From positions 1,227,508 through 1,291,507 of the forward strand of contig CAVVFO010000002.1 in assembly GCA_963747595.1 (NCBI GenBank): DNA of 64,000 nt, written 5' to 3'. The notes under the pieces were generated by a model. That model was not told the DNA's origin. It did no database searches and saw only the letters and a program-made list of their open reading frames with translations. This DNA comes from an uncultured Gammaproteobacteria bacterium. GTDB lineage: Bacteria; Pseudomonadota; Gammaproteobacteria; Xanthomonadales; Rhodanobacteraceae. Numbering within the stretch: the stretch's first letter is position 1; each line of letters starts with the position of its first letter. The position numbers and the translations under genes were made by a program. This document shows positions 23,665-32,939 of the stretch, piece by piece.

Positions 23665-24858
23665 ATGATTGACGACACTCCCGCCCGACCCGCGGCCCCA
23701 GGTTCGCCGGTCATCGCCCTGATCGCCGGTGAAGCCTCCGGCGACCTGCTGGGCGGCAACCTGATCGAGGCGCTGCGAGCACGCCACCCGCACGCGCGCT
23801 TCGTCGGCGTGGCGGGCCCGCACATGCGAGCCGCGGGCATCGAGACCTGGCATGACATCGCCGCACTGTCGTTGATGGGGTTCGCCGAAGTCATCGGCCA
23901 TCTCCCGCGACTGCTGCGCCTGCGCAATAAACTGCTGCGGCAACTGACTGCACTCAAACCGGATCTGGTCATCGGCATCGATGCACCGGATTTCAACCTC
24001 GGGCTGGAACGGCGCCTGAAGCAACGCGGCCTGCGCACCGTGCATTACGTCAGCCCCTCGGTCTGGGCCTGGCGCGAGAAGCGGGCCGAAACCATGGCAC
24101 GCTCCGTGGATCGTGTGCTGTGCCTGTTTCCGATGGAACCGCCGATCTACCAGAGGCATGGCCTGGATGCGCGGTTCGTGGGCCACCCCCTGGCCAGCCA
24201 CTTTCCCATGCTGGCCGATCGCTTCGGCGCACGTGAACGCATGGGATTGCGCCACGATGCGCCGGTGCTGGCCGTTCTTCCCGGCAGCCGGAAGGCGGAA
24301 GTCGAGCAACTGGGCGCCATCTTCCTCGAGGCCGGCTCACGCGTCGGCACCGAGCTCCCCGGGTTGCGTCTGCTGGTTCCTGCCGCCAACGCAGGCTGCC
24401 GGCACCTGCTGCAGACGCTGACGTCGAAACACGGCCCCGGGGACGAAACCACCATGCTGCTGGATGGCCACGCTCACGACGCCATGCTCGCCGCCGACGT
24501 GGTGCTGCTGGCCTCCGGCACGGCCAGCCTGGAAGCCATGCTGTGCAAGCGCCCCATGGTGGTCGGTTATCGTGTCTCGGCCGCCACTTACCAGCTGGTT
24601 CGCGCCCTGAAACTGATCAAGACCGACATGTTCGCGTTGCCCAATATTCTTGCCGGCGAACACCTGGTCCCCGAACGCATGCAGGCATCCTGCACCGCAC
24701 AGACGCTGGCCACGGATATTCTCGGACTGTTCGGTGACAGCGCGCGCCGCGGACAGCTGGTCAGCCGCTTCGAACAATTGCACGAGCAATTGCGCGGCGG
24801 TCTCAAGGGCAGCCCCGCCGACCATGCCGCGGATGCATTGGCCGATCTGTTGCCATGA
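23665..24858 (+). CDS. lpxB: Lipid-A-disaccharide synthase
   Basis: [42 protein letters not shown]. Confidence 0.96.
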   Translation: MIDDTPARPAAPGSPVIALIAGEASGDLLGGNLIEALRARHPHARFVGVAGPHMRAAGIETWHDIAALSLMGFAEVIGHLPRLLRLRNKLLRQLTALKPDLVIGIDAPDFNLGLERRLKQRGLRTVHYVSPSVWAWREKRAETMARSVDRVLCLFPMEPPIYQRHGLDARFVGHPLASHFPMLADRFGARERMGLRHDAPVLAVLPGSRKAEVEQLGAIFLEAGSRVGTELPGLRLLVPAANAGCRHLLQTLTSKHGPGDETTMLLDGHAHDAMLAADVVLLASGTASLEAMLCKRPMVVGYRVSAATYQLVRALKLIKTDMFALPNILAGEHLVPERMQASCTAQTLATDILGLFGDSARRGQLVSRFEQLHEQLRGGLKGSPADHAADALADLLP

Positions 24859-25493
24859 GTCGACGCGTCAAGACCATCGTGCGCACATCTGTCAGCGCCC
24901 GGCTGGGGCCGAACGTGCGCCTGGCCGGTGTGGACGAAGCGGGTCGCGGACCCCTGGCGGGTCCTGTGGTGGTCGCGGCCGTGATTCTCGATCCGGCGCA
25001 ACCCATCGAAGGCCTGGACGATTCCAAGCGTCTCAGCGAGCTGCAGCGCGAAACGCTGTACCCGTGCATCATCCAGCGTGCGCTCGCCCATTGCGTGATC
25101 TTCGTGGAACCGGACGAAATCGACCGCATCAATATCCTCCAGGCCACCATGGTCGGCATGTCCCGCGCCCTGGCTGGCCTGGCGCCGTTCCCGCAACACG
25201 CGCTGATCGATGGCAACCGCCTGCCCGAAGCCATGCCCTGTCCGGCGCAGGCCGTGGTGGGCGGCGACGCCAGCGAGGCCTGCATCGGCGCAGCCTCCAT
25301 CCTTGCCAAGGTCAGCCGCGACCGGTACATGGTGGACATGGATGCGCTGCATCCCGGCTACGGGTTCGCCAGGCACAAGGGCTATCCGGTGCCCGAACAT
25401 ATGACCGCGTTGCGTCTCCACGGTCCATGCGACCTGCACCGGCGCAGCTTTGCCCCGGTACGCCAGTCCCTGGAACGACCGCTGTTTGGCTGA
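24855..25493 (+). CDS. rnhB: Ribonuclease HII
   Basis: [42 protein letters not shown]. Confidence 0.97.
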   Translation: MSRRVKTIVRTSVSARLGPNVRLAGVDEAGRGPLAGPVVVAAVILDPAQPIEGLDDSKRLSELQRETLYPCIIQRALAHCVIFVEPDEIDRINILQATMVGMSRALAGLAPFPQHALIDGNRLPEAMPCPAQAVVGGDASEACIGAASILAKVSRDRYMVDMDALHPGYGFARHKGYPVPEHMTALRLHGPCDLHRRSFAPVRQSLERPLFG

Positions 25494-25633
25494 ATGCCGT
25501 CTGGCATGAGGCCGTGACTCTCGCTCCGGCGCGCATGGTCAGGTGTACCATGGATATCGCACCGACAATGATTGCCGCGAGGCAACTGCCCCCATCCGAG
25601 GACGCCCTTGCAGCATGGTGCAGGAGTCCTTCC

Positions 25634-26050
25634 ATGAAAGCATCCAGATCACATACCCCCAGCTTCTCCACACCCGGCCTTTCCCTCAACGGGTCCACCC
25701 TGGGCGATTTCGAACGCCCCCTGCGCGACATGCTGGCCGATGACGACTGGCGCCCCGCATGTCAGCATCCCGACGAATTGTCGGCACTGCTGCGTCTTCT
25801 GCAGGACCATCCGCAAAGCGCCCACCAATCGCCGCCGCCGGGCCTGGCCACGTTGGCCACGGCCTACGCCGATTTCTGCCACTTCCGCCGCAAGCTGGCG
25901 GCCGAACTGAATACGCCCGATGATCAGCCGTTGCACATCACTCCGGACGAGTGGTTGCAGTATCGGCTGCGGCACTACGGCACGGTGGATGACAACCTCC
26001 GCGGGTTCGGCGATTACCGCATGCACCGCGGCCGCTTCCACGTGAGCTGA
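25634..26050 (+). CDS. Hypothetical protein (138 aa) between rnhB and dnaE
   Basis: CAGGAG RBS before ATG 25634; host-like codon usage; no recognisable motif. Confidence 0.55.
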   Translation: MKASRSHTPSFSTPGLSLNGSTLGDFERPLRDMLADDDWRPACQHPDELSALLRLLQDHPQSAHQSPPPGLATLATAYADFCHFRRKLAAELNTPDDQPLHITPDEWLQYRLRHYGTVDDNLRGFGDYRMHRGRFHVS

Positions 26051-26188
26051 CGGCTACGTCTGTCCGGGATGCCGCGGGGGATGGGCCGACGTCGGCGGCC
26101 CATCCCCCAAGGACACAATGGGTTCGTTGTCAACCTTGCCGCTGTCACCGGGGGCGGCTAGTCTGGGGCAACAGATTGCGCATGCCCG

Positions 26189-29100
26189 ATGTCCGCACGT
26201 TTCATCCATCTCCACGTCCACAGCGAGTTTTCGCTGGTCGATTCGACCATCCGCATCAAGGCGCTGGTCGAGGCCTGCGTGCGCGCCGACATGCCGGCGG
26301 TGGCGCTGACCGACGTCAACAATCTGTTCTCGCTGGTGAAGTTCTACAAGGCGGCGCAGAATGCGGGCATCAAGCCGATCGTCGGTTGCGACGTGTGGAT
26401 GGCCGCCCCCTCCGACCCCCGGCCGTTCCGCCTGACCCTGCTGTGCCAGGACCGCGATGGCTACCTGAACCTGTCGCGCCTGATTTCGCGTGCGTGGCTG
26501 GAAGGACAGCATGGCGGCCACGCACTGACCGATGCCTCCTGGCTGGATGAATCCTCCAGCCGGGGGCTGATCGCCCTGGCCGGCCCCGACAGCGCCGTGG
26601 CGCGCCTGGCCACTGCCCGGCCCGACGCTGCAGAGCTGGAGCTCCGGCGTCTCAAGCGCCTGTTCGACGACCGCCTGTACCTGGAACTGGTGCGCACCGG
26701 CCGCGACAGCGAACCGGCCTGGAATGCGGCCGCACTCAACCTGGCCGATACGCTGGAACTGCCCGTGGTGGCCAGCAATGACGTGCGCTTCCTGCTGCGC
26801 GAGGATTTCGACGCCCACGAGGCGCGCGTGTGCATCAACCAGGGCCGCATCCTGGCCGACCCGCGACGTCCGCGCGACTACAGCGCCGAGCAGTACCTGA
26901 AATCCCCCGAGGAGATGACGGCGCTGTTCGAGGACCTGCCCGAAGCGCTGGAAAACAGCGTCGAGCTGGCCAAGCGCTGCAATCTGGAGCTGAGCTTCGG
27001 CACGTACTTCCTGCCGGACTTTCCCATTCCCGCCGGATACGACCTGGAAAGCTACATCCGCGCCCAGGCGCGCGAAGGCCTGGAGCAGCGTCTGGCCGTG
27101 CATCCACTGGCCCCGGGAAAGACGCGCGCCGACTATGACGCGCGGCTGGAAAAAGAGCTGGACGTGATCCTTTCCATGGGATTTCCCGGCTACTTCCTGA
27201 TCGTCGCCGACTTCATCCAGTGGGCCAAGGACAACGCCATCCCCGTCGGTCCCGGCCGCGGCTCCGGCGCCGGCTCGCTGGTGGCATGGTCGCTGAAGAT
27301 CACCGACCTGGACCCGCTGCCCTACGAACTACTGTTCGAGCGTTTTCTCAACCCCGAACGCGTGTCCATGCCCGATTTCGACATCGACTTCTGCATGGAC
27401 CGGCGGGACGAGGTCATCGACTACGTGGCGCGCAAGTACGGCCGCGACAAGGTCAGCCAGATCATCACCTACGGCACCATGGCGGCAAAGGCCGTGGTGC
27501 GCGATACCGGCCGCGTGCTGGGCATGGGCTACGGCCACGTCGACTCCATCGCCAAGCTGGTTCCCAACACGCTGGGCATTTCGCTGAGCGAGGCACTGAA
27601 GGAATCGGCGGAGCTGAAGACGCGCTACGACGACGAGGACGAAGTCCGTGAACTGATCGACCTGGCGCTGAAGCTGGAAGACCTCACCCGCAATGCGGGC
27701 AAGCACGCCGGCGGCGTGGTCATTGCGCCCACGCCGCTGACTGACTTCTCGCCGCTGTACGCCGAAGAAGGCGGCGGCGGCGTGGTCACGCAGTTCGACA
27801 AGAACGACGTGGAAGACGTGGGCCTGGTGAAGTTCGACTTCCTCGGCCTGCGCACGCTGACCATCATCGACTGGGCAGTGAAGGCCATCAACGACCGGCT
27901 CGAGAACGAGGGCCGGGACCTGCTGGACATCACCCAGCTGCCGCTCACCGATCCGGAGACCTACGCGCTGTTCGCGCGCGGCGACACCGTGGCCGTGTTC
28001 CAGTTCGAGTCGCGCGGCATGCGCGAACTCCTGAAGCGCGCGCAACCGGATACCTTCGAGGACATCATCGCCCTGGCCGCGCTGTTCCGCCCCGGCCCCC
28101 TGGGCTCCGGGATGGATCGCGACTGGACCGATCGCAAGCACGGCCTGGCCGAGGTCACCTATCCGCATCCGTTACTGGAACCGGTCCTCAAGCCCACCTA
28201 CGGCGTCATCGTCTATCAGGAACAGGTGATGCAGATCGCCCAGGTGCTGGCCGGCTACAGCCTGGGCGGCGCCGACCTGTTGCGTCGTGCCATGGGCAAG
28301 AAGAAGGTCGAGGAGATGGCCAAGCAGCGCGCCATCTTCGAAGCAGGCGCAGCGAAGAACGACATCGATCCGAACGTGGCCACTGCCATCTTCGACCTGA
28401 TGGAGAAATTCGCCGAATACGGCTTCAACAAGTCGCACTCGGCCGCCTACGCGCTGGTCGCCTACCAGACGGCGTGGCTGAAAAAGCACTATCCAGCCGA
28501 ATTCCTGGCCGCGACCCTGTCCTCGGACATGGACAACACCGACAAGGTGGTCAACTTCCTCAACGAGTGCAAGGCGCAGGGGCTGACCGTGCAGCCGCCG
28601 GACGTCAACGATTCGGTCTACATGTTCACCGCCACCGCGCCGGACACCATCCGCTACGGCCTGGGCGCCATCAAGGGCGTGGGCGAAGGCGCCTGTGCCG
28701 CCATGGCCGAGGAACGCCACCGTAACGGACCGTACCGGGATCTGGCCGACTTCTGCCGCCGGGTGGAGCCGTCGCGCTTCAACAAGCGCGTGCTGGATGC
28801 ATTGATCCGTTCCGGCGCCATGGACCGTCTGGCACCGACCCGCGCCAGCCTCGCCGCACAGCTGCCCGAAGCCATGAAGGCCGCCGAGCAGCACCTGCGC
28901 GACCAGGTCTCCGGCCAGAACGACATGTTCGGCAGCGCCGGCCCGGCCGCCATCACCATCGAACTGCCGACATGCCCGGAATGGCCGCTGGAGCAGCTGC
29001 TGGACGGCGAACGCGACACGCTGGGGCACTATCTGTCCGGCCACCCCACCGATCCGTGGAAGGACGTGCTGGCCCAGCTGGCCACCTGCCCGCTGGGCGA

Positions 29101-29683
29101 GATCGTGGATCGCTACCAGCCGCCGGCACGCAAATCTCAGAACGACGACAAGAGCCGCTACCGCCGCGCGCCGGAAACGCCATGGACCGTCGCCGGCATG
29201 GTCACCGCGGTGCGCCGCCGCGGCGACAGCGCCGCCTTCGTGCGCCTGGAAGACGCCACCGGCTCGGTGGAACTGAGTTTCTTCCGCGAGGCGCTCACCG
29301 AGTACGGCCCGTTGCTGACCCGCGACGCCTTGCTGGTGGTCGACGGCGGCCTGTCCATCGACGATTTCTCCGGCGGCTTCCAGGTCCGCGCGCGCCGAGT
29401 GCTGGGTCTGAACGAAGCCTGCGAGCAACTGGCCGGACAGTTGCGGCTGCGCGTCAACGGCATCGGCCCGCCCTTCCTGGACGCGCTGCGTCAGGCCCTT
29501 GAGGCCTACCGCGGCGGCACCACACCGCTACGCCTGTCCGGCTACTGCAATGGCACCGCCCGTGCCGACCTGGACCTGGGGTCCGAATGGCGCGTGCGCG
29601 CCGCACCACAACTCCTGCGCGACCTGCGCGACCTGCCCGGCGTCACCGACGCCCAACTGCGCATGAACCGCCGCAGCGACTGA
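26189..29683 (+). CDS. dnaE: DNA polymerase III alpha subunit
   Basis: PHP domain HLHVHSEFSL, GPGRGSGAGSLV, PDFDIDF, FNKSHSAAY, OB fold; no intein-sized insertion. Confidence 0.98.
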   Translation: MSARFIHLHVHSEFSLVDSTIRIKALVEACVRADMPAVALTDVNNLFSLVKFYKAAQNAGIKPIVGCDVWMAAPSDPRPFRLTLLCQDRDGYLNLSRLISRAWLEGQHGGHALTDASWLDESSSRGLIALAGPDSAVARLATARPDAAELELRRLKRLFDDRLYLELVRTGRDSEPAWNAAALNLADTLELPVVASNDVRFLLREDFDAHEARVCINQGRILADPRRPRDYSAEQYLKSPEEMTALFEDLPEALENSVELAKRCNLELSFGTYFLPDFPIPAGYDLESYIRAQAREGLEQRLAVHPLAPGKTRADYDARLEKELDVILSMGFPGYFLIVADFIQWAKDNAIPVGPGRGSGAGSLVAWSLKITDLDPLPYELLFERFLNPERVSMPDFDIDFCMDRRDEVIDYVARKYGRDKVSQIITYGTMAAKAVVRDTGRVLGMGYGHVDSIAKLVPNTLGISLSEALKESAELKTRYDDEDEVRELIDLALKLEDLTRNAGKHAGGVVIAPTPLTDFSPLYAEEGGGGVVTQFDKNDVEDVGLVKFDFLGLRTLTIIDWAVKAINDRLENEGRDLLDITQLPLTDPETYALFARGDTVAVFQFESRGMRELLKRAQPDTFEDIIALAALFRPGPLGSGMDRDWTDRKHGLAEVTYPHPLLEPVLKPTYGVIVYQEQVMQIAQVLAGYSLGGADLLRRAMGKKKVEEMAKQRAIFEAGAAKNDIDPNVATAIFDLMEKFAEYGFNKSHSAAYALVAYQTAWLKKHYPAEFLAATLSSDMDNTDKVVNFLNECKAQGLTVQPPDVNDSVYMFTATAPDTIRYGLGAIKGVGEGACAAMAEERHRNGPYRDLADFCRRVEPSRFNKRVLDALIRSGAMDRLAPTRASLAAQLPEAMKAAEQHLRDQVSGQNDMFGSAGPAAITIELPTCPEWPLEQLLDGERDTLGHYLSGHPTDPWKDVLAQLATCPLGEIVDRYQPPARKSQNDDKSRYRRAPETPWTVAGMVTAVRRRGDSAAFVRLEDATGSVELSFFREALTEYGPLLTRDALLVVDGGLSIDDFSGGFQVRARRVLGLNEACEQLAGQLRLRVNGIGPPFLDALRQALEAYRGGTTPLRLSGYCNGTARADLDLGSEWRVRAAPQLLRDLRDLPGVTDAQLRMNRRSD

Positions 29684-29705
29684 CCCGCCGTGCCCCCGTA
29701 GGGCG

Positions 29706-30002
29706 TATATGGACTCCTCCTCCTACGCAAGCGTAAACGATGGGAAAGTGGCACCGCGAACGTATATACGGCTTCATGTTGGGAACCGTCGTTCCCGAGC
29801 CTAGATGGGTTGTTCGCACTGGAGCTGTCTTATCGGATCATCGACGCGTCGTGCGTCTGCGCCCTACGCGACGTTTGCTCCAGCGGGTGTGGGCCTTTTT
29901 TCCATCTTCCGATTGCGCTGCGAGATGTGCTTCCGTGCGGGTGAATCAAACGGTGTGACCTGATCTCAAGGTAATGGCTCTAGACGATGATGGCCTGATT
30001 CA
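29706..30002 (-). ncRNA. Candidate bridge/seek guide RNA region
   Basis: Segments match the target halves (29860-29867, 29834-29840) inside stem CTGGAGC/GCTCCAG and the circle-junction halves (29761-29767, 29738-29745); exact RNA ends unknown. Confidence 0.78.
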
Positions 30003-31097
30003 TCAGGCGGCGGCGGGATCGGCCCTGCGCCCGGCGGGGTGATAAGGGCGGTTGTGCTTGATCACGGCATAGATGATGCGCGCCAGGCGATTGGCCACGG
30101 CCACGGCGACCTTGGCGTCGAGTTTGCCGGCATCAAGCAGGCGCCGCGCGAACAGGCACAGGGCATCATCGCGCCTGCGGCAACGCACGAGCACGGCGTG
30201 CGCGCCTTGCACCAGAAGACGGCGCAGGTACGGGTCGCCCCGCTGGGTGATGAACCCCAGACGCCGCGTTTGCCCGCTGGAGGACTCTTTGGGCGTGAGA
30301 CCGAGGCTGGCGGCAAACTGGCGGGCATCGGCGAAGCGCTCCACCTGCGGGCCGATCTCGCCGGCCACGGCGGTGGCGGTGATCAGACCGACACCAAAGA
30401 TGGTCTCGACCTGTGTGGCCACGGCAGAGGCCTTGAAGGCCTCCTTCAACTGACGGTCCATGGCCTTGATATGCGTACGGACCTGATCCAGATGCTCCAG
30501 CGCCAATGCCACGCTGTGATGCAGTAACGGCGTGATCTCGCCGGTGTCATCCTGGCCATCGGCGGCCGCATGCACGCGCTGTATCAGGGCCTTGAATCCG
30601 GCGTCACCCTTGCCGCCCACCATGCCACGCTCGGCCAGCAGCCCGCGGATCTGATTGATGCACTGGGTCTGCTGGCCGATCAGCAGCTCGCGCACCCGAT
30701 GCTGGGCGCACAGATCCTGCTGCTCGAGCGTCTTGACCGGCACCGGGCGTACACGACGGTCGCAATACACCGCGTAGATCGCATCGGCATCGTTGCCGTC
30801 GGTCTTGTTGCCGTGCCGTGCCTTGTTCACGAACTGGGCTGGAAGCAGCTCAGTGGCATGGCTCCGCTGGCGCAGCTGGCGCGACCAGTGATGGGCGCTG
30901 CCACAGGCCTCCATGACGACCGTGCCGCGCGCCGTGTGCGCCTTGGCAAAAAACTCTTTGAACTGTGCACGGGTGTATGTGCGCTGGGCCAAACGCTCGC
31001 CGTGCGGGCCGAACGTGTGCACCTGAAACTTGGCCTTGGCCAGGTCCACGCAGTACACGCGCTGTGACGGCTGGGTGGTGTGGGCGGTAGTATGCAT
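30003..31097 (-). CDS. IS110-family DEDD/serine recombinase (transposase)
   Basis: RuvC-like DEDD residues (CVDLAK, VMEACG, KTDGNDADAI) and C-terminal LGLTPKESSSG with catalytic Ser; GDPYLRRLLVQGA. Confidence 0.95.
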   Translation of the reverse strand: MHTTAHTTQPSQRVYCVDLAKAKFQVHTFGPHGERLAQRTYTRAQFKEFFAKAHTARGTVVMEACGSAHHWSRQLRQRSHATELLPAQFVNKARHGNKTDGNDADAIYAVYCDRRVRPVPVKTLEQQDLCAQHRVRELLIGQQTQCINQIRGLLAERGMVGGKGDAGFKALIQRVHAAADGQDDTGEITPLLHHSVALALEHLDQVRTHIKAMDRQLKEAFKASAVATQVETIFGVGLITATAVAGEIGPQVERFADARQFAASLGLTPKESSSGQTRRLGFITQRGDPYLRRLLVQGAHAVLVRCRRRDDALCLFARRLLDAGKLDAKVAVAVANRLARIIYAVIKHNRPYHPAGRRADPAAA

Positions 31098-31191
31098 GTC
31101 GGACTCCTCTTCGCTGACAGGTAGGTTCTACGGAACTCCTACCCTAAAGGCACATCGATGCCGTCCTGGCGGGGAGGAGTCCATCCCATCA

Positions 31192-31449
31192 GATCAAGGA
31201 ACGATGAGTGACGGATCCGCCTGCTGGCCGGAAGCCACCCTGACGCCCCCAAAGCTGCTCCTGAATCGCCGCAGCGAGTAGAACAGCCGGCGGGCAGTGC
31301 CCGCCCTACACAATCGCAGGATCGTAGGGCGGGCACTGCCCGACGTCTTCCCTGCGCTGTAACGAGCCGACATTTGATTGCTCGCCGAAAACCACCTGAT
31401 TTCCCGCAAGCAGGCGGCTCCGTCACTGGCGTTCCTTGAGCCGCCCTGC
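31192..31449. repeat. REP cluster: remainder of the IS-split arm, nested short REP doublet, and right arm
   Basis: GATCAAGG...GACGGATCCGCCTGC (31192-31224); perfect 19-bp inverted pair CGGGCAGTGCCCGCCCTAC (31291-31309) / GTAGGGCGGGCACTGCCCG (31324-31342); right arm 31406-31449. Confidence 0.85.
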
Positions 31450-31553
31450 GCGATAAACGCAACTTCCGCCTTCATTTGCCGCACCGCGCCCGCCTGTCGC
31501 GGCATATGCTCACCGGCTATACTGGTCGTCTTTATGGGCTCCAAACGCTGCAC

Positions 31554-32513
31554 ATGAACCCGAATTTCCTCGATTTCGAACAACCGATCGCCGAGCTGGA
31601 AGCGAAGATCGACGAATTGCGCAATGCCAGCCACGGGCAGGCATTCGACATCGACGAGGAAGTCTCGCGCCTGCGTGGCAAGCTCAAGACCAAGACGGCG
31701 GAGATCTTCAGGAACCTCACGCCGTGGCAGATCACCCAGCTCTCGCGCCATCCGCGGCGCCCGTACACGCTGGATTACCTGGGCGTGATGTGCGAGGAAT
31801 TCCGCGAACTGGCCGGTGACCGCGCCTACGCCGACGACAAGGCCATCGTCGGTGGCTTGGCGCGCATCAACGGCCGCGCCGTGATGGTCATCGGCCACCA
31901 GAAGGGTCGCAAGACCAAGGAAAAGATGCTGCGCAACTTCGGCATGCCGCGCCCCGAAGGCTACCGCAAGGCGCTGCGCCTGATGAAGATGGCCGAACGC
32001 TTCGGCCTGCCGGTACTGACATTCATCGACACCATGGGCGCCTATCCCGGCGTCGGTGCCGAGGAACGCGGCCAGTCCGAGGCCATCGCCCGCAATCTGC
32101 TGGAAATGGCCGAGCTGCGCGTGCCCATCGTATGCACAGTGATCGGCGAGGGTGGTTCCGGCGGTGCGCTGGCCATCGGCGTGGGCGATCGCGTCAACAT
32201 GCTGCAGTACTCCACCTATTCCGTGATCACGCCGGAAGGTTGCGCCACCATCCTGTGGCGCAGTGCCGAACGCGCCAAGGACGCCGCCGAGGCGCTGGGC
32301 ATGACCGCACCCAAGATCAAGGACATCGGCCTGATCGACAAGATCATCCGCGAACCGCTGGGCGGTGCGCACCGGAATCCGCATTCCATCGCCGTGCGTC
32401 TGAAAGTGGTGCTCATGAACCAGCTCGACGAACTCGGCGCCCTTCCCGTGGACGACCTGCTGGAGCAACGCTACCAGCGCCTGCGGAAATTCGGCGCCTA
32501 CACCGGCGGCTGA
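31554..32513 (+). CDS. accA: Acetyl-CoA carboxylase carboxyltransferase alpha subunit
   Basis: [44 protein letters not shown]. Confidence 0.98.
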   Translation: MNPNFLDFEQPIAELEAKIDELRNASHGQAFDIDEEVSRLRGKLKTKTAEIFRNLTPWQITQLSRHPRRPYTLDYLGVMCEEFRELAGDRAYADDKAIVGGLARINGRAVMVIGHQKGRKTKEKMLRNFGMPRPEGYRKALRLMKMAERFGLPVLTFIDTMGAYPGVGAEERGQSEAIARNLLEMAELRVPIVCTVIGEGGSGGALAIGVGDRVNMLQYSTYSVITPEGCATILWRSAERAKDAAEALGMTAPKIKDIGLIDKIIREPLGGAHRNPHSIAVRLKVVLMNQLDELGALPVDDLLEQRYQRLRKFGAYTGG

Positions 32514-32534
32514 GCCCATCTGCCAGGCAACTCT

Positions 32535-32658
32535 GTAGGGCGCATCAAGGAGCGTCCGCGACGGATCCGCCTGCTTTCCGGGGCTCGGTGGCTTGCGGTA
32601 AACCAACCGTCCCAGCGAAGCAGGCGGCTCCGTCGCTTTGCTCCTTGAGCCACCCTAC
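32535..32658. repeat. GTAG-type REP inverted doublet, copy 3
   Basis: GTAGGGCGCATCAAGG...GACGGATCCGCCTGCTT (32535-32576) and inverted arm ending CCTTGAGCCACCCTAC (32618-32658). Confidence 0.85.
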
Positions 32659-32661
32659 GGG

Positions 32662-32748
32662 TTATTTCCAGGACAGATCGGATTCTCTTTCGTGTGCCGT
32701 GCAATCGCGAAGATAGAGGTTGATGAGGCTCTGGCGGGGGATTCCGGT
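32662..32748 (-). pseudogene. 3' remnant of a BrnA/CopG-like antitoxin gene
   Basis: Manual translation TGIPRQSLINLYLRDCTAHERESDLSWK-stop resembles the GIPYQSLINLYLRDC C-terminus I recall for BrnA-family antitoxins; 5' part replaced by the G-run and prophage. Confidence 0.65.
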
Positions 32749-32786
32749 GTGGCAAAAACGGGGGGGGGGGGGGGGGGGGTGGGGTA

Positions 32787-32831
32787 TGTAAGCCGACACA
32801 TGGTTTGCGAAATTGCGACACATGGTTTGCG
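32787..32831 (+). repeat. Predicted prophage end with two tandem transposase-binding sites
   Basis: TGTAAG.. start, then CGACACATGGTTTGCG at 32794-32809 and 32816-32831 (22-bp period). Confidence 0.7.
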
Positions 32832-32939
32832 GAGTGCGTGAAGCCGTTTTTAAGGGCGATTGAAAGGCAAATTACCACGTCCTGAAGATGTGCTTTGCGA
32901 GCCGGCGCTTTCCGCCGGGCCACGCGAGGATCGGTTTGG

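Larger units (their letters stand above)
29706..31191 (-). mobile_element. IS110-family element of the IS1111 subgroup, inserted in a REP arm
   Basis: Perfect 12-bp subterminal inverted repeats ATGGACTCCTCC (29709-29720) / GGAGGAGTCCAT (31173-31184), 3 and 7 nt inside the ends; long non-coding region 3' of the transposase; no target duplication; flanks rejoin into GTAGGGCG|GATCAAGG. Confidence 0.92.

Noticed and set aside
1449-29502. Many long antisense or alternate-frame ORFs over housekeeping genes (e.g. 1449-2825, 6899-9403, 15894-17345)
   Set aside because: Expected shadows of GC-rich coding sequence; no motifs, and each overlaps a clearly identified gene.
26189-29683. Intein in DnaE
   Set aside because: Length of 1164 aa is standard and no splicing motifs are visible.
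29740-29958. 72-aa ORF in the IS non-coding end
   Set aside because: No RBS or homology; the region is better explained by the guide-RNA structure on the other strand.
32787-32831. CRISPR array
   Set aside because: Only two 16-bp copies with a 6-bp gap, no spacers and no cas genes; fits transposase-binding sites. No CRISPR array was seen anywhere in the window.
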